In this document: piece after piece, positions 39,643-51,042 of the stretch
Numbering within the stretch: position 1 is the stretch's first letter
Layout: the number at the start of each line of letters is the position of its first letter
NCBI RefSeq assembly: GCF_037042905.1
Contig: NC_087263.1
Coordinates: forward strand, 11,224,001 to 11,288,000
DNA: 64,000 nucleotides
From: Lytechinus pictus
Lineage: Eukaryota
Direction: 5' to 3'
The notes under the pieces: generated by a model
Database searches by the model: none
What the model was told of the DNA's origin: nothing
What the model saw: the letters and a program-made list of their open reading frames with translations, nothing else
Translations under genes and position numbers: made by a program

Positions 39643-41625
39643 TTAATCTTTGTTAGCTAATCTCATAAGTTTTAATATTTGTTTTCCATCAGTACCTGCG
39701 TGTATAGCATCCATCACACTTTTTCTCCTCTTCTCTTGCTTGTCACCACCCACTAATAATTTATTGAACGCTTTTAATTTCAACACAAGCGCCGATTTAC
39801 GATCATCATCGATCACCTTCACAGGATCGACCTCGTTATCGTCTTGCATATCGCGTAGATCGCGTCCTCGCGATATATGTGCTGCTGCCAGCGATCGCTG
39901 AAGCTGAAAAGTGTCGTCTGATAAAGTTGGCGGTTTCTCCAACACTGCGTCCTGATTCCACTGGTTCGATATTTTCGATTTCACATTCTTAAGGTCGATA
40001 GCCGGTTTTGCTGGTGTGTAATCGTTCTTATGATTATCGTCGTCCGAATCAGAATCGTTTACTAAAACACTTTTGTGTATTTGGATATTCCTCTCGGATT
40101 CCTCCGCCGGAGTTTTCAGCTTTAGTCGGCTTCCAAGTGTAGCTTTCTTTTCGACCGGGAAAGCTTTATGTTGATTCATTGCAAGTTGTGCGATCGTTCC
40201 AAAGCTGAATCGTCTGCGAAGCTTTGGAGAAGGAGATCTGCCTCTCTCCGTTCCAGATCCTGGTCTATCGTCGGCGTCATCCTCTTTCTCAGTTTTGCTG
40301 ATCCCCTCTTTGTTTCCTTGCCCAAGGACCTTTCCAGCCAAAAGGGCAGATACTGAGCTCGCCAGCAAATTGTCCCGTTTTCTTTTCATTTTGATTTCAT
40401 CCGAAGACATCACCTTCTTGCGGACATCAGGAATAACATTTACAGAGTTTTTCATTGACTCATCTTTCGACATGTTCGAGCTCGGCAACGCTCCACTTCT
40501 AATACTCATGGGATTCGTAAAAGACTGATGATCTACAGCCGAAATAGAATCTGTCACAAATGATGGGGATTTCTTCTGTTGCATAATATTCTGCGTATTG
40601 AGATGGCTTATCGGCTGGTTAGCCGTAGTATTATCAGTATGGCTTCTTTGAAAATCATTTCGAAAATGCGATGAATTGGTGGCAATTCTAACTGTCTTCT
40701 TTGGTCTGTCAAGAACATCGTCATTATTCATGCCATTTGTTCTCTTTTTCAGGGATGGTTTCAACCAGCGATCTTTGACCAATACCTTCATCATTGGTGA
40801 CAGGGGACGTTCAACAGATTTAGCCTGGGACGGCTTCAGATGTGCTGGATGATCATTCACGGAACTACTTGCGAATTCTGTTTCCCAGTTTTGCTTTGCA
40901 ATTGGATTTAGGAAGCTGTTCTGTTTTATAGGTTTGGAAGTGGGAACAGACTGTAAATTAGAACTTATAGTTTCGTTAGAATAATCATTTTCGGTGTCTG
41001 CAGATCTGTTTTCATTTGAAATAGGCTCGTCTTTGTCACAGTGCTTGTCTATGCGTAAGGATACATCTGCTGCAAAATCATCTCCAGCAGGTACTTTTTT
41101 CGTTGCAGAAGGTTTCATGCTATGTTTCTGTGTGATTAAGGATTTAACTTTCGACAGACGCACTTCCCCACCCGTGGATTTTGAATTAACATGGTCATCT
41201 TGCCGAACTCTTTCTGCATCAGGATTCTTCGTCACCCTACTCCCCAACGAATTGTCCCGAGGATTTCTGACTGCAGGAGCAGAAAACACCCTGTTTTGCT
41301 TTTGATGACGTTCAAGGACTTTCGTGCGACGTCTGATACCCTCTGCGCTCTTCGTCGATCGCGTCCTACGACTAGAAATATTCCCAACACTTTCGTCATC
41401 ATCTCCTGCGAACCAACCTTCCGCACTGTGGCCGCTGCTTCGTTTGGTTACTTTGAGTTCGGCTTTGAGATCGCGAATGTCCTTGTGGATAGAGAATATG
41501 GTATGTCCGAATTCGCGTTCCAGGAGCTTCATCTCGTATTTCAGCTTGGTATCTTCTCTCTTGTTCTTGACCCTTGCAGTGAAGAAAATTTGGCTTGAAC
41601 GCGCGTCCTCGTTGCTTTTTCTCAT
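39643..41625 (-). CDS. Uncharacterised 660-aa protein in a single large exon; N-terminal coiled coil (about aa 15-62), long S/K/D/R-rich predicted-disordered body, short C-terminal helix
   Basis: 1983-nt uninterrupted ORF with non-repetitive composition in AT-rich DNA; good start context (ACAATGA); polypyrimidine tract plus AG acceptor (ttttcttttcatag|gtgg) 113 nt upstream of the ATG, exon edge at 41738. The N-terminus loosely recalls CCDC190-like coiled-coil proteins (unverified impression). Confidence 0.85.
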   Translation of the reverse strand: MRKSNEDARSSQIFFTARVKNKREDTKLKYEMKLLEREFGHTIFSIHKDIRDLKAELKVTKRSSGHSAEGWFAGDDDESVGNISSRRTRSTKSAEGIRRRTKVLERHQKQNRVFSAPAVRNPRDNSLGSRVTKNPDAERVRQDDHVNSKSTGGEVRLSKVKSLITQKHSMKPSATKKVPAGDDFAADVSLRIDKHCDKDEPISNENRSADTENDYSNETISSNLQSVPTSKPIKQNSFLNPIAKQNWETEFASSSVNDHPAHLKPSQAKSVERPLSPMMKVLVKDRWLKPSLKKRTNGMNNDDVLDRPKKTVRIATNSSHFRNDFQRSHTDNTTANQPISHLNTQNIMQQKKSPSFVTDSISAVDHQSFTNPMSIRSGALPSSNMSKDESMKNSVNVIPDVRKKVMSSDEIKMKRKRDNLLASSVSALLAGKVLGQGNKEGISKTEKEDDADDRPGSGTERGRSPSPKLRRRFSFGTIAQLAMNQHKAFPVEKKATLGSRLKLKTPAEESERNIQIHKSVLVNDSDSDDDNHKNDYTPAKPAIDLKNVKSKISNQWNQDAVLEKPPTLSDDTFQLQRSLAAAHISRGRDLRDMQDDNEVDPVKVIDDDRKSALVLKLKAFNKLLVGGDKQEKRRKSVMDAIHAGTDGKQILKLMRLANKD

Positions 41626-41768
41626 TGTTTTTATATTTTAATTCACACAAGATCTCAGGCGAAACGCAATTGGGAGTATTATAATCCGCAATGACGTTAG
41701 TCTTGTGAAACTTTGTATTCTGCGTGATTATTTGCCACCTATGAAAAGAAAATAAATAAAGGAATTAA

Positions 41769-42163
41769 AGGTGAATTCTAGTTTTGGTAACGATATCAAA
41801 ATGAGTTCGTACAGAATCCAATGAAATTACCACCAAAGTGTCTGTTTGTATAAATAAAACGCATGTGCCAAAGGATTCTGGAAGAAATTGTGTAATTGCT
41901 GAGAAATCAGCAAATAAGCACAGGATTCGGGTAGAGCGTCGGGCCCGACGCTCAAAGCAATAATTATACACTGTCCCACGTGCGCTTATCTGTGTTGGGG
42001 AAGTTCAGTCTGAACATTTTTCAGCGTAGATTTCAAGATTTCACAAAGTTCAGTTTATGTAACTGTACCAGATCTAGATCCTCGATGATATACTGACAAT
42101 TAAGCCTGGTTTTACAGACTTTCTCATGAAATCAGTGTTTACTGCAACTACTGGAATTTCTCT
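41769..42163. mobile_element. Kolobok-like TTAA element in the putative intron of the 660-aa gene
   Basis: TTAA|aggtgaattctagt...actggaatttctct|TTAA imperfect TIR. Confidence 0.6.
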
Positions 42164-42807
42164 TTAAACACGTTTTGAATTATTCTAAAGATGATTTAGT
42201 ACAAGAGTTAACCAAGAGTACTTTGATAGTCGCAACATCGACAATATGGGTAATATTTCACTCGTATTGATTGTTTGCTAATGTTTTAGGCATATTTGAA
42301 ATCATGGTCAGACGGGGGATGTTAGTAACTATTGAATACAATGGGGGGAAATATCCAAATTACACTGCTTAAGATGTTAAGCAAACTGTTGAAGCCCGTC
42401 ACTATAACACCTATTACTTACAAAGTTTTAAACAGGTTGTCTAACAGTCTAAACTCAATGCGTTTCTCTTATTTCCCCGGTGTTACTACAGCCGACTTGA
42501 TATTCGGGTTGAATGGCGATTGAATTAAAGAGAGGTATGGACGTTATTTAATATGAATAGTGCTATTTTGTTCTGCGGATCGTTAGCCATGAATAAAATG
42601 ATTACTTCTATATCTATAACCTTTGTTTAAAACGTTTCCGCCACGCCTGAAAAATGTTTAAGCCACATGATCTATTCCTCTTCGTATTACAATTTTGGTA
42701 TGTCTCGATTTTGTTCTTTGTTGGATATTTTCTATATTTGATTGCCTGTTTCAAATTGTTACATTAACTCCATGCAATTTTTAGATAACAAATCACGACT
42801 TTGAAAT

Positions 42808-43625
42808 GAAGAGCTCAAAAGGGGTGAGATCAATTTTTCATCAAATTTGAATTGTTTTTGTCTCAATATATATATTTTTAGTGGCTTTATAACATGATAC
42901 CAAAGAAAAGTTTAAATTCCCATTAAAAAAATGGACACAAATGGCAAATCACTTTTTTCTAAGGGGTTAGATCCATTTCAGTTTGTTTGCAAAAGGGGTT
43001 GGATCCACAAAGGTAATATTTGGAAAATAATATTTTAAAAAAATATGAAGCCAGGCAGATTTATCTTATACCCAATTCTATGTTCACATGGTAGGCTATC
43101 ATGCATATTTAGTTTTGCATAAAAATATTGCAATAGTGGGAGAACAAAAAAAAATTGTTTTCTTGAAATAGTCTTAAGTGGATCTAACCCCTTTTGCAAA
43201 CAAACTCTTCTAAAGAGCTCATTTGCAAAAGGGGTTGGATCCATTTGAAAAAATGAAATTTGATTATTTTGGGTCTCAATATATATATTTTTAGTCGCTC
43301 TGATGATACCCCCAACAAAGTTGAAATTCCCATCAAAATGTGAATAAAAATGGCAAAGAAAAATCACTTTTTTATTCAAAAGGGATTGGATCCATTTCAT
43401 TTGTTCGAACGGGGCTAGATCCACAATGGTGAATTTTTTAAATAAATATTTAAAAGATATGAAGACAGGTATGTTTCTTTTATACCCAATTCTATGTTCA
43501 CATGGTAAAGTAGTTTATCATGACAATTTAGTTTCGCATAAGAATATTGCAATATGGGAGAATAAAAGGCATGATTTTCTCGCAATGGTCGAAAGTATCT
43601 AGCCCCTTTTGCAAACAAACTCTTC
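42808..43625. mobile_element. Dimeric non-autonomous DNA transposon, Sola1-like (AAAT duplication)
   Basis: AAAT|GAAGAG...CTCTTC|AAAT; two ~410-bp units; repeated AAAAGGGGTTRGATCCA motif. Confidence 0.8.
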
Positions 43626-44212
43626 AAATAGTCGATCTAAGCCTAAATGCACTGCACAGTTGAAGGTTTTTTTTTATTTGTATGTTTTATGTACATCATC
43701 ACTCTATAGACCAATGAAAAGGGAAAACACGATATTCAATAAAACTTAATAAATCTAGTTGATTCAAAAAAGAAAAAACGGACAAAACAGTATACGGATG
43801 AGATAATATGAAGTGAACAATAATTGTGATAAACTTGATGCTTAATTTAACTTTTCAATCTACTTTTTACAGTTGTTCAAAACCCCCACTTTTTATTTTC
43901 TTTAACATTTTCATTCTTCTTCTTACATTTTTTTTTCCCCAAAAGCTCACTCATTTTACCATTTGCTGTCCTTTGCTTCCCATAAAAAAAAAATGAATTT
44001 TCGAATATTTCTTTAAAACTTTATTTTCTTTTTAGCAAGTGGTGCAAGCCTGTCACTCTAAAATCAAGTTGTTTGAAATCTTATAAGTTGTCTAAACTTG
44101 CTATTAAATATTATAAACTTTAAATAATAGATGTTAGAGTGACGGGCTAAAAGAAAGTACATGAAATTTTAAAAGGCGTTTGTTCGGTGTATTGCAAATG
44201 AAATGTTCTTAC

Positions 44213-44500
44213 CTTATTCCAATTCCTCTAGGAACTTTTGCACAAAGTTGGTCTCCACCATACACGTTCGTCCAGACACCCTTTTCTCAGCTTGAATCGA
44301 TAGCTCTCGTAAACCAGTTCTTTTCTCCATTCATTTCATTTTTTTCCGCCAAGAGATGAACCAGTGCTATTTCCTCATTACCGCCGTTATTTATGTATGA
44401 TGATTTGTTAATTATTCACAATTATTCACGTGAGTCCACTTATTCCTGGGGATTCTTTTCGCGACCAAGTACAGAAGTACGAGACGTTGCCATCGACACA
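44213..44500 (-). other. Candidate 5' non-coding exon of the 660-aa gene (5' edge uncertain)
   Basis: Perfect minus-strand donor AAG|GTAAGA at 44213/44212, in unique, relatively CpG-rich sequence; would pair with the acceptor at 41738. Confidence 0.4.
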
Positions 44501-45703
44501 GAAGGCACATGAATATGATCGTCATTGGTGAAAGGATTCATAACTTTTTTATTCGAAGCGCATTTCTTATATGTCAGATGTTTGCGCAAGGTCGTAGTTC
44601 TTTAGCTGCCAAACTTATATCCATCTTTTCCTTAAATATTCAAAATGATACCCATTTAGAAGCGTTACGCATGAACGATTCTGCCCTTTAGTCCAAGCCA
44701 ACCCCTTCACCGTCCCATCAATGTTGCAATTGCAAATGACTAATCTTTATTTGGTGATTTGTCACTGTGTGTCATGATCGTCCTTGGTTTCTGTTACTGT
44801 GTGTTTTCACCAAGGCAGATATCACCGTCCCTAAATCAAACACCTTTTGTGACTTTCACCCCCTGCGTTTAGCTTTCCCTTTGATCAAACTTCAAATTCC
44901 TTGAGAAAGGTAAACGATTTCAATTTGCTTAATGTAGGGTGTTACTCTTCCTTATGCACACACGTGTGTTTTGTTAGTTTCATGCTGATGCACGCCTATT
45001 TCTGGCTGGAAGGGGATAAAGTGTTCCAAAATATTATGACGAGAAGCCGAAGCGAGTAAACTTTTCACATATGCGCACTATTTTTTTATGCTGGAAACAC
45101 AAAAGGATCCGATGCACTCTCAACGTAGATTTTCGTTATGATTACAATAAAAATGTAGGATAACGAAGTTTCATGGATGGAGAGGGTGGGGGGGGGGGTG
45201 TCCATGCCTCTACTCCCCTTTAGCATGGCTGGGTAAAACCATGAACATCCAACCTGTAGATGGCCAAGCAGAGTTTATCCTGATCAGCATCACCATCATG
45301 ACCCTGTGTCTGAGGATTTGATTCGTCAGCCAGTCACCAGTCTTGACTGTATCCTGAACTGATGTTCGAATTATCAGTTTTTCGATTACTTAGGGGGCGA
45401 GTATGTAAACTATGAAAACTTACTTTTAGAACTGCTTTTAATTTCATGCTTGTGTTCGATCTAATAAAAGGAAACACAGTAGTTTCTCTTCTTTTACACG
45501 GAACTTGAAACGATCATGATCCACCCATTTAAAAAAAAGGCTTCCAACACCGGTTGTTTGAAAGTAGTTTTCTCACTTTGTCTGGATTCGGGTGCTAATG
45601 TATCAATTGTTAATTTTATTTGTTTATGGCTTCCAGCATGTTTGTACAATTTCTCAATCAACAAAATGAGCAACGCACGTTGTCGATGATGCACCCGACG
45701 ACC

Positions 45704-45866
45704 GGGACCCCGTAACACAAAGGTTAGTGAATAATCCATGATTTGAAGGAACAATTCTGATTGGTTCCTAGACAATGTACTGATCAGTGTAAATGCGCAT
45801 GCAACGACGGTCTTGGTAGGTAGTTTCATTAAGCGATTAATCGCTAACATTTGTGTTACGGGACCC
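45704..45866. mobile_element. Short GGG..CCC MITE
   Basis: cccgtaacacaaaggttag...ctaacatttgtgttacggg TIR; inverted relative to 7368-7525. Confidence 0.85.
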
Positions 45867-45929
45867 GGGTTGTTTTACATGTGACGTCGTGTGAACAGTC
45901 AACGAATAGATCGTGCTATCATACCAATA

Positions 45930-46165
45930 AAACTAATGATGATGATGGTGATGATGATATTAATAATAATAATCTTAGTAATAATAATACTAACAGTAAT
46001 ATTAATACTACTTCTATTAATAATAATAATAACAGTAAATAATAATAATGATAATAATTAATGATTATATTTTTACTACTACTATTGTTACTACTAAAAC
46101 TGATAATAACAATACTACTAATAATACAAATAATGATAATAATAATAATAATAATAATAATAACG
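45930..46165. repeat. (TAA)n/(TGA)n microsatellite
   Basis: Direct inspection. Confidence 0.95.
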
Positions 46166-46229
46166 TCATATCTTACCCAAGGTAAACACATCAGTTCAGA
46201 AAACTTTTCATCCAGCGGGCCCTTCTTAA

Positions 46230-46440
46230 CATGATAATGTTATTATTACCTCGGCTTTAGCACGGCTACCTTGATTGTTGCGCTTGAGCATTCGAGGATT
46301 TATTTTCCTACTGGGTACCCATTTACCTCAACGGGGATAAGTACAGCGCAATGTTGGTAATTTTATTGCTAGCGGAAACACAACAAAGCTTGGAATTGAA
46401 CCCACGTCTCTCAGATTGAAATACTAAAGTTATGACCACA
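46230..46440 (-). mobile_element. tRNA-derived SINE, family A (diverged)
   Basis: gggtacccatttacctca core and ggaattgaacccac B box. Confidence 0.7.
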
Positions 46441-47059
46441 TTAATGGTAAAACTTAAGGGTGTTTGTTCTGCTTTTTATGAATTTAATTTTTGGTCTCGG
46501 CAAGATCATAGCCTGCTTTGATCTATAAGTTAGACACAACAATGATTTTTTTTTTCAATCTGTATTTGCCATTGTATCATGAAACCACAAATGTGTAGTG
46601 CAAATTTACTTAGATCTCACGTGAATTTTAGGATATTGTAATCTTTAAAAAAAAAATGGAATTGGCTTGACATGTTTGAATTGTTTATTGTAAATACAAT
46701 CTGTTTAGATTTACGCAAATAATTTTATCTCATAACTTTTCTCCTATTTTCTCGTGATAATTGAAATATGAATGAACAGTCACACACACATTGGAGGTAA
46801 TACAGTAAAAAAAAATTGGAACTAATTTGTTAATACTACATGCATGTATTTTTGGAATGAAATACTAAATTGTTTATACTGAAATGATAATTACTAGTAT
46901 TTTTTATTCTAGTACTCGCAATTTCTACTGAATTTCAAGTATTGCCAACTAATATGCAAAGGGAGGCTTTATCGTTTGCACATGTATGTATATATATTTT
47001 TAATGTTATAATAGCTTTATGATTATCTCGGTGCATCTTTTGTTTCATTCACATGCTAT

Positions 47060-47220
47060 GAGTCCACTGGGTGGTCGCCAGCTTGCGCCAGTTGGCGCCA
47101 ATGAAAAGCGGCAGTGGCGCCTAGTGTCGTCAAAAGGGTGCCGATCAGTGGCGTGCAGTGGCTCAAACTGCCTCGAAACTGGCACGTGGTGGCGCGTAAC
47201 GGCGCCAAAATACTACACAG
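47060..47220. repeat. GC-rich array of inverted GGCGCC/GGCG motifs, probable transposon subterminal region
   Basis: Repeated tggcgcca/gtggcg units in an AT-rich background. Confidence 0.5.
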
Positions 47221-47234
47221 TAAGTGAAATTATG

Positions 47235-47360
47235 AATATAAATACATCTGATCATCTGGACTTACTGGTTTGAAACGGGTAACAGTTTCACGTCCGATCT
47301 GGGATGCTCCTTCAGCTCGTCTGAAGTGAAAGGTGCTATCTGATGTGACAACCGGTAAAT
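47235..47360 (-). mobile_element. Second Penelope-like terminal fragment with degenerate hammerhead motif
   Basis: Minus strand acgag-CTGAAGGA-gcatcc(cagatc)ggacgt-GAAAC-t-GTT-acccgt, followed by aagtccag. Confidence 0.45.
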
Positions 47361-47559
47361 TTGGCAATTAATATGTCTCAAACACAACATAAATCTCAAC
47401 AAATGGGTTTAATATATAAACACATACTGTAGGGCCTATATAACGTTATCTCAGCCTATTTCCCCCCCCCCCCAAATTATGTGGAAAACTTGAAAACAGT
47501 GGAATGCTGTGATTGACAGAAACACAGCAAAGTAGTGTTATGTTTTGATCACAATGTAC

Positions 47560-48130
47560 AGATAAGATTGCCTCCCGTGGCGTGGTTTATTGCAGCGCGT
47601 CTTCAAGAATGGATCATAAAGGAACGCCCCGTGGCTTAGTGTAAGCCCAAACTCCGCCAAATTCGCAAGATACGACAAAAGCTGCGCGGGAAAGAGGAGT
47701 GGCTTAAAGTTTGGGAATGGGTTTATTTGTAGTGCAAGAAAAGAATGGGTGGAAAATGATAGGAGGGGGGAGAATGGTTTAGACACATGTGAGTAAGAGA
47801 AAGGGAGAAGGGGAGAGACGTAAAGAGATAGGGAGGTACAAAGGGGGGGGGGTGAGATTTTCATCAGATCTGCCGGTTTAACAGCTTTGATTATTTAATG
47901 TCTACGCGCGCGCGAGGAGGAGGAAGGGACACTCCGCTTTTATTAGTGGTTATAATCGATATCCATGTTTCCTGTGCGGCGCGATGCTTCAGTCCGGCGC
48001 GCAACGATCTCGCATCGCCACATCTCCGCGAGGGCGAGCTCTCACTCAGGCGAAGAAATATCAAGATGTATAACACATCGGATGACTGTCAGTGGGTGAG
48101 CTAGCGGGCGGGATCTGTAAGGGGGCGATT
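47560..48130. promoter_or_regulatory. CpG-rich island between the two divergent genes; candidate promoter/first exon
   Basis: Marked GC/CpG enrichment (CGCGCGCGCG), GA-rich tract and G-string upstream, splice donor at the 3' end. Confidence 0.45.
48066..48095 (+). CDS. Candidate short upstream coding exon (MYNTSDDCQW) of the bHLH gene
   Basis: AAGATG start at the end of a CpG-rich island; donor TGG|GTGAG in phase 0; an in-frame phase-0 acceptor (tttttcag|ATT) exists at 52183/52184. Confidence 0.3.
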
Positions 48131-49644
48131 TGTTAATTTTTACTCTCCCTATTTTCCCCTGCTTCATTTAACCGAAAGAAAGAAAACACAGGCTAGAGTT
48201 AATTGCTCTCCGCGTATCCTATAAAAAAAGTTTCTCTTCATTACTTTGGTAATGAAATTGACAATTATTATTGGGTTTTATTTTTCCTGTATTAGTTTAA
48301 ATGAAACAAAGCGCACATACTTACACCCACACAGAAGCCGATACACAACTCTATGAAAATAAAACAAAAAGCCTCACCGAATCGGTTCCCCGCTATTCTT
48401 AATTGAATTCATTCTTGCCGATAACACGCTATAACCGCAATAATGATATTTATTTATGACAGTTCATTAAAAATGATCGTTTATGGGTAGTTAAACATGG
48501 CGCGTGTAATGATATCACTAGTCAATGAAGTGATATCGATCATTAGGTTTGAGATAAAAAACTTAGCAATTGTTCATGGGTAGTTAAACATCTCGCGTTT
48601 CATTAAGTGATATCAATGAACAGATATCAATTATCAAATAATATTAAAAGTTACTTCTTTTCTTTTGGTTGTGTGTTTTGTTTTATTTTGTGTTTTTTTT
48701 TTGTGTTTCTTGTGTGTTGGGAGGGGGGGGCTTTGTGTGAGCATGTTTGAATGTGGGGGAGGGGGTTGTTTGGGCGTTCGTTGGGTGTATGTAGGTTCGA
48801 GGAGAGTGGAAACTCTCAATCCTTTCTTTTAATATTATAACTTCATTCACTTTCATTAATCATTAAGCAATGGGAAATGATTAATTTCTTTCTTTTCTTT
48901 TTTTTACATAACTACCGAATCATATATTTGTCAACTTTTATTGGTTATGATTGGCTGTTTTTTTATGAATAAATTAATCGCCTGTAATATTAATATGTCA
49001 AATATTGTGAGTTCTGTACAATATTTTATGAATAATGAATAGTTATTTGCCTTTATGAACTGCGTTCTTATGTATATTTTAACATTTTCAATGCACCATT
49101 TCTTGTATGATTTGAACTGAATTGATTGATTAATCTCAAGAACTCAAATCATTTTTCTCTCTTCGTATTACATTGTAACAATGTCGACTTTTAATGTGTT
49201 GTATAAAATGTTTTCTTTTGATTGTTTTATGTATATATGCATTGTGCAGGGCCCTGGTTGACAACAGTGTCTAAACCACTGAACAGGCTACCCTGGGTAA
49301 AGAAGACAAATAAAATAAAATTAAAATAAAAAATTTAATTAATACTATGGCAAAACAAAGAAAAAAGTCTTAAGAATTGTCTGGTCGAGGTTGTAATATC
49401 ATTTTATGCTAGATTATTTGAAATACCGTTACAGAATTATTAGTTACAAGATAATCACCAGTTTACTTACAGCGATTGAATTTGATCTGATATTGATTAC
49501 AATTATTGTACTTGTTTACTTTGAATGGAATTATATGTGTATGTGAACAAATTAGTTTGACAGTGTATGTATGATTTGGTGGAAACTTTTTTTAATGAAA
49601 AATAATCAAACTGTAAATTTTAAGGTGCATTAGAATTAGAGAGT

Positions 49645-49900
49645 CAAAAGGGGCCTAAGCTTTCGATCCTAGCAGAATCTTCGTCGGAGGCAAAATGACA
49701 AACATATTAAGTGGAACAAACATAATATAGACCATAGACATGCAACAGCAACACTAGAAACAAGGAGACAAAAAGGGCATTAGAGAGTTGTGATGACCAA
49801 TCAGGTTGGAGAAGGGGATGCATTAGAATTGATAGATTAAGGATGTTGACCGCTTCCCATCCCAGCTGCGATCCAAAAGCCAATAGTTCAGTGCTCAGTA
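49645..49900 (-). mobile_element. Penelope-like retroelement terminal fragment containing a minimal hammerhead motif
   Basis: Minus strand gcct-CCGACGA-a-gattc(tgcta)ggatc-GAAA-gc-TT-aggc at 49691-49653. Confidence 0.6.
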
Positions 49901-50155
49901 AAACAATTATAATACTGTGTAGAATAGATTTCTTCAAATCTAAAAATTTGCACTCTGTTTAAATCTTGACCTACGGTCTGATTACGATTGTTCGTTTGCC
50001 ATTCACTTACGTGAATTTGTTGAACTGTTGATGGGAAAATGCATTCATTCTTTTTTAAGCAATACTACTTTACAGATAAAGCCATCAATCAAACTGATTA
50101 CAAAAATTACCAAAACAATTAATTAGTCAGTTTTTTTTTGTAAAATGAAGTGTTA

Positions 50156-50569
50156 AGGCGACCGCACACCTTACGACTGGTCTGCGACCCGATTTTGGAA
50201 CATATCGAATTTTTCTCATTTTCTGAAGATGTGAATGGAACATATCATTTTATTTGAGGTTAAAATTAATTGAAATAATAATATTATAACCATTTTGAAA
50301 GATTACAAGCCCTTATTTCGGAGTAAAGTCCAATTGGTTTCAAATCGTAGCCAATCGTACGACTGCTATGACGTCATTACGACTAGAAATTAAATTCGCT
50401 TTTATTCTAAGAAGGATGATAGCATAGTCACAAATTTGATCATAGGTATTCGTACGATGATTTAGAACATTACCCAGTAAGATATTCCAAGTCTCAATAT
50501 TAGCATCAAATTCTACAACATTTATTCTAAAATCGGGTCGGAGACCAGTCGTCAGGTGTTCGGTCGCCT
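50156..50569. mobile_element. PIF/Harbinger-like MITE (TTA duplication)
   Basis: TTA|aggcgaccgcacaccttacgactggtctgcgacccgatttt...aaaatcgggtcggagaccagtcgtcaggtgttcggtcgcct|TTA. Confidence 0.9.
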
Positions 50570-51042
50570 TTAGATCAGCAAATTATGAATGAGAGGGGTT
50601 CAAGAACGAGTGGTCCTCTTTTCTCCCCAAAATTCTGATTTCATATTTCATAGCTCCACAATTGCATTTAATGTATAGTATTTTTTTTTTTATTCAAAGA
50701 AGCATTTATTTTCTTCCATTTTCACAAAATACAATTTCACTATATATAAAAAAAAAATATTTTTTCCTGAAGTGGTATGAATACGTATTTGTTAACAGAA
50801 AAAGGCATAAGTCCCTAGCAGCGAAAACTTGTCATGCTTGTCAGGGACATGTCTGTATTAAAGGAAGAAGGACTCGTTAAGGACAAGGATAGAGAGAAGA
50901 AAGAGAAGGGAAAGATAGTATACTTACATTAATATATGTATATGCCATTGATTTGCACATCTTATCAAATATTAAATGTGATAAAACATTGTGTTTGTAC
51001 TTTCAATTGAGTAACCACTCAGGTTAATCTTTTTCAGTAAAT

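Noticed and set aside
39650..41650. Overlapping and antisense ORFs within the 660-aa gene
   Set aside because: Shadow frames of a real coding sequence.
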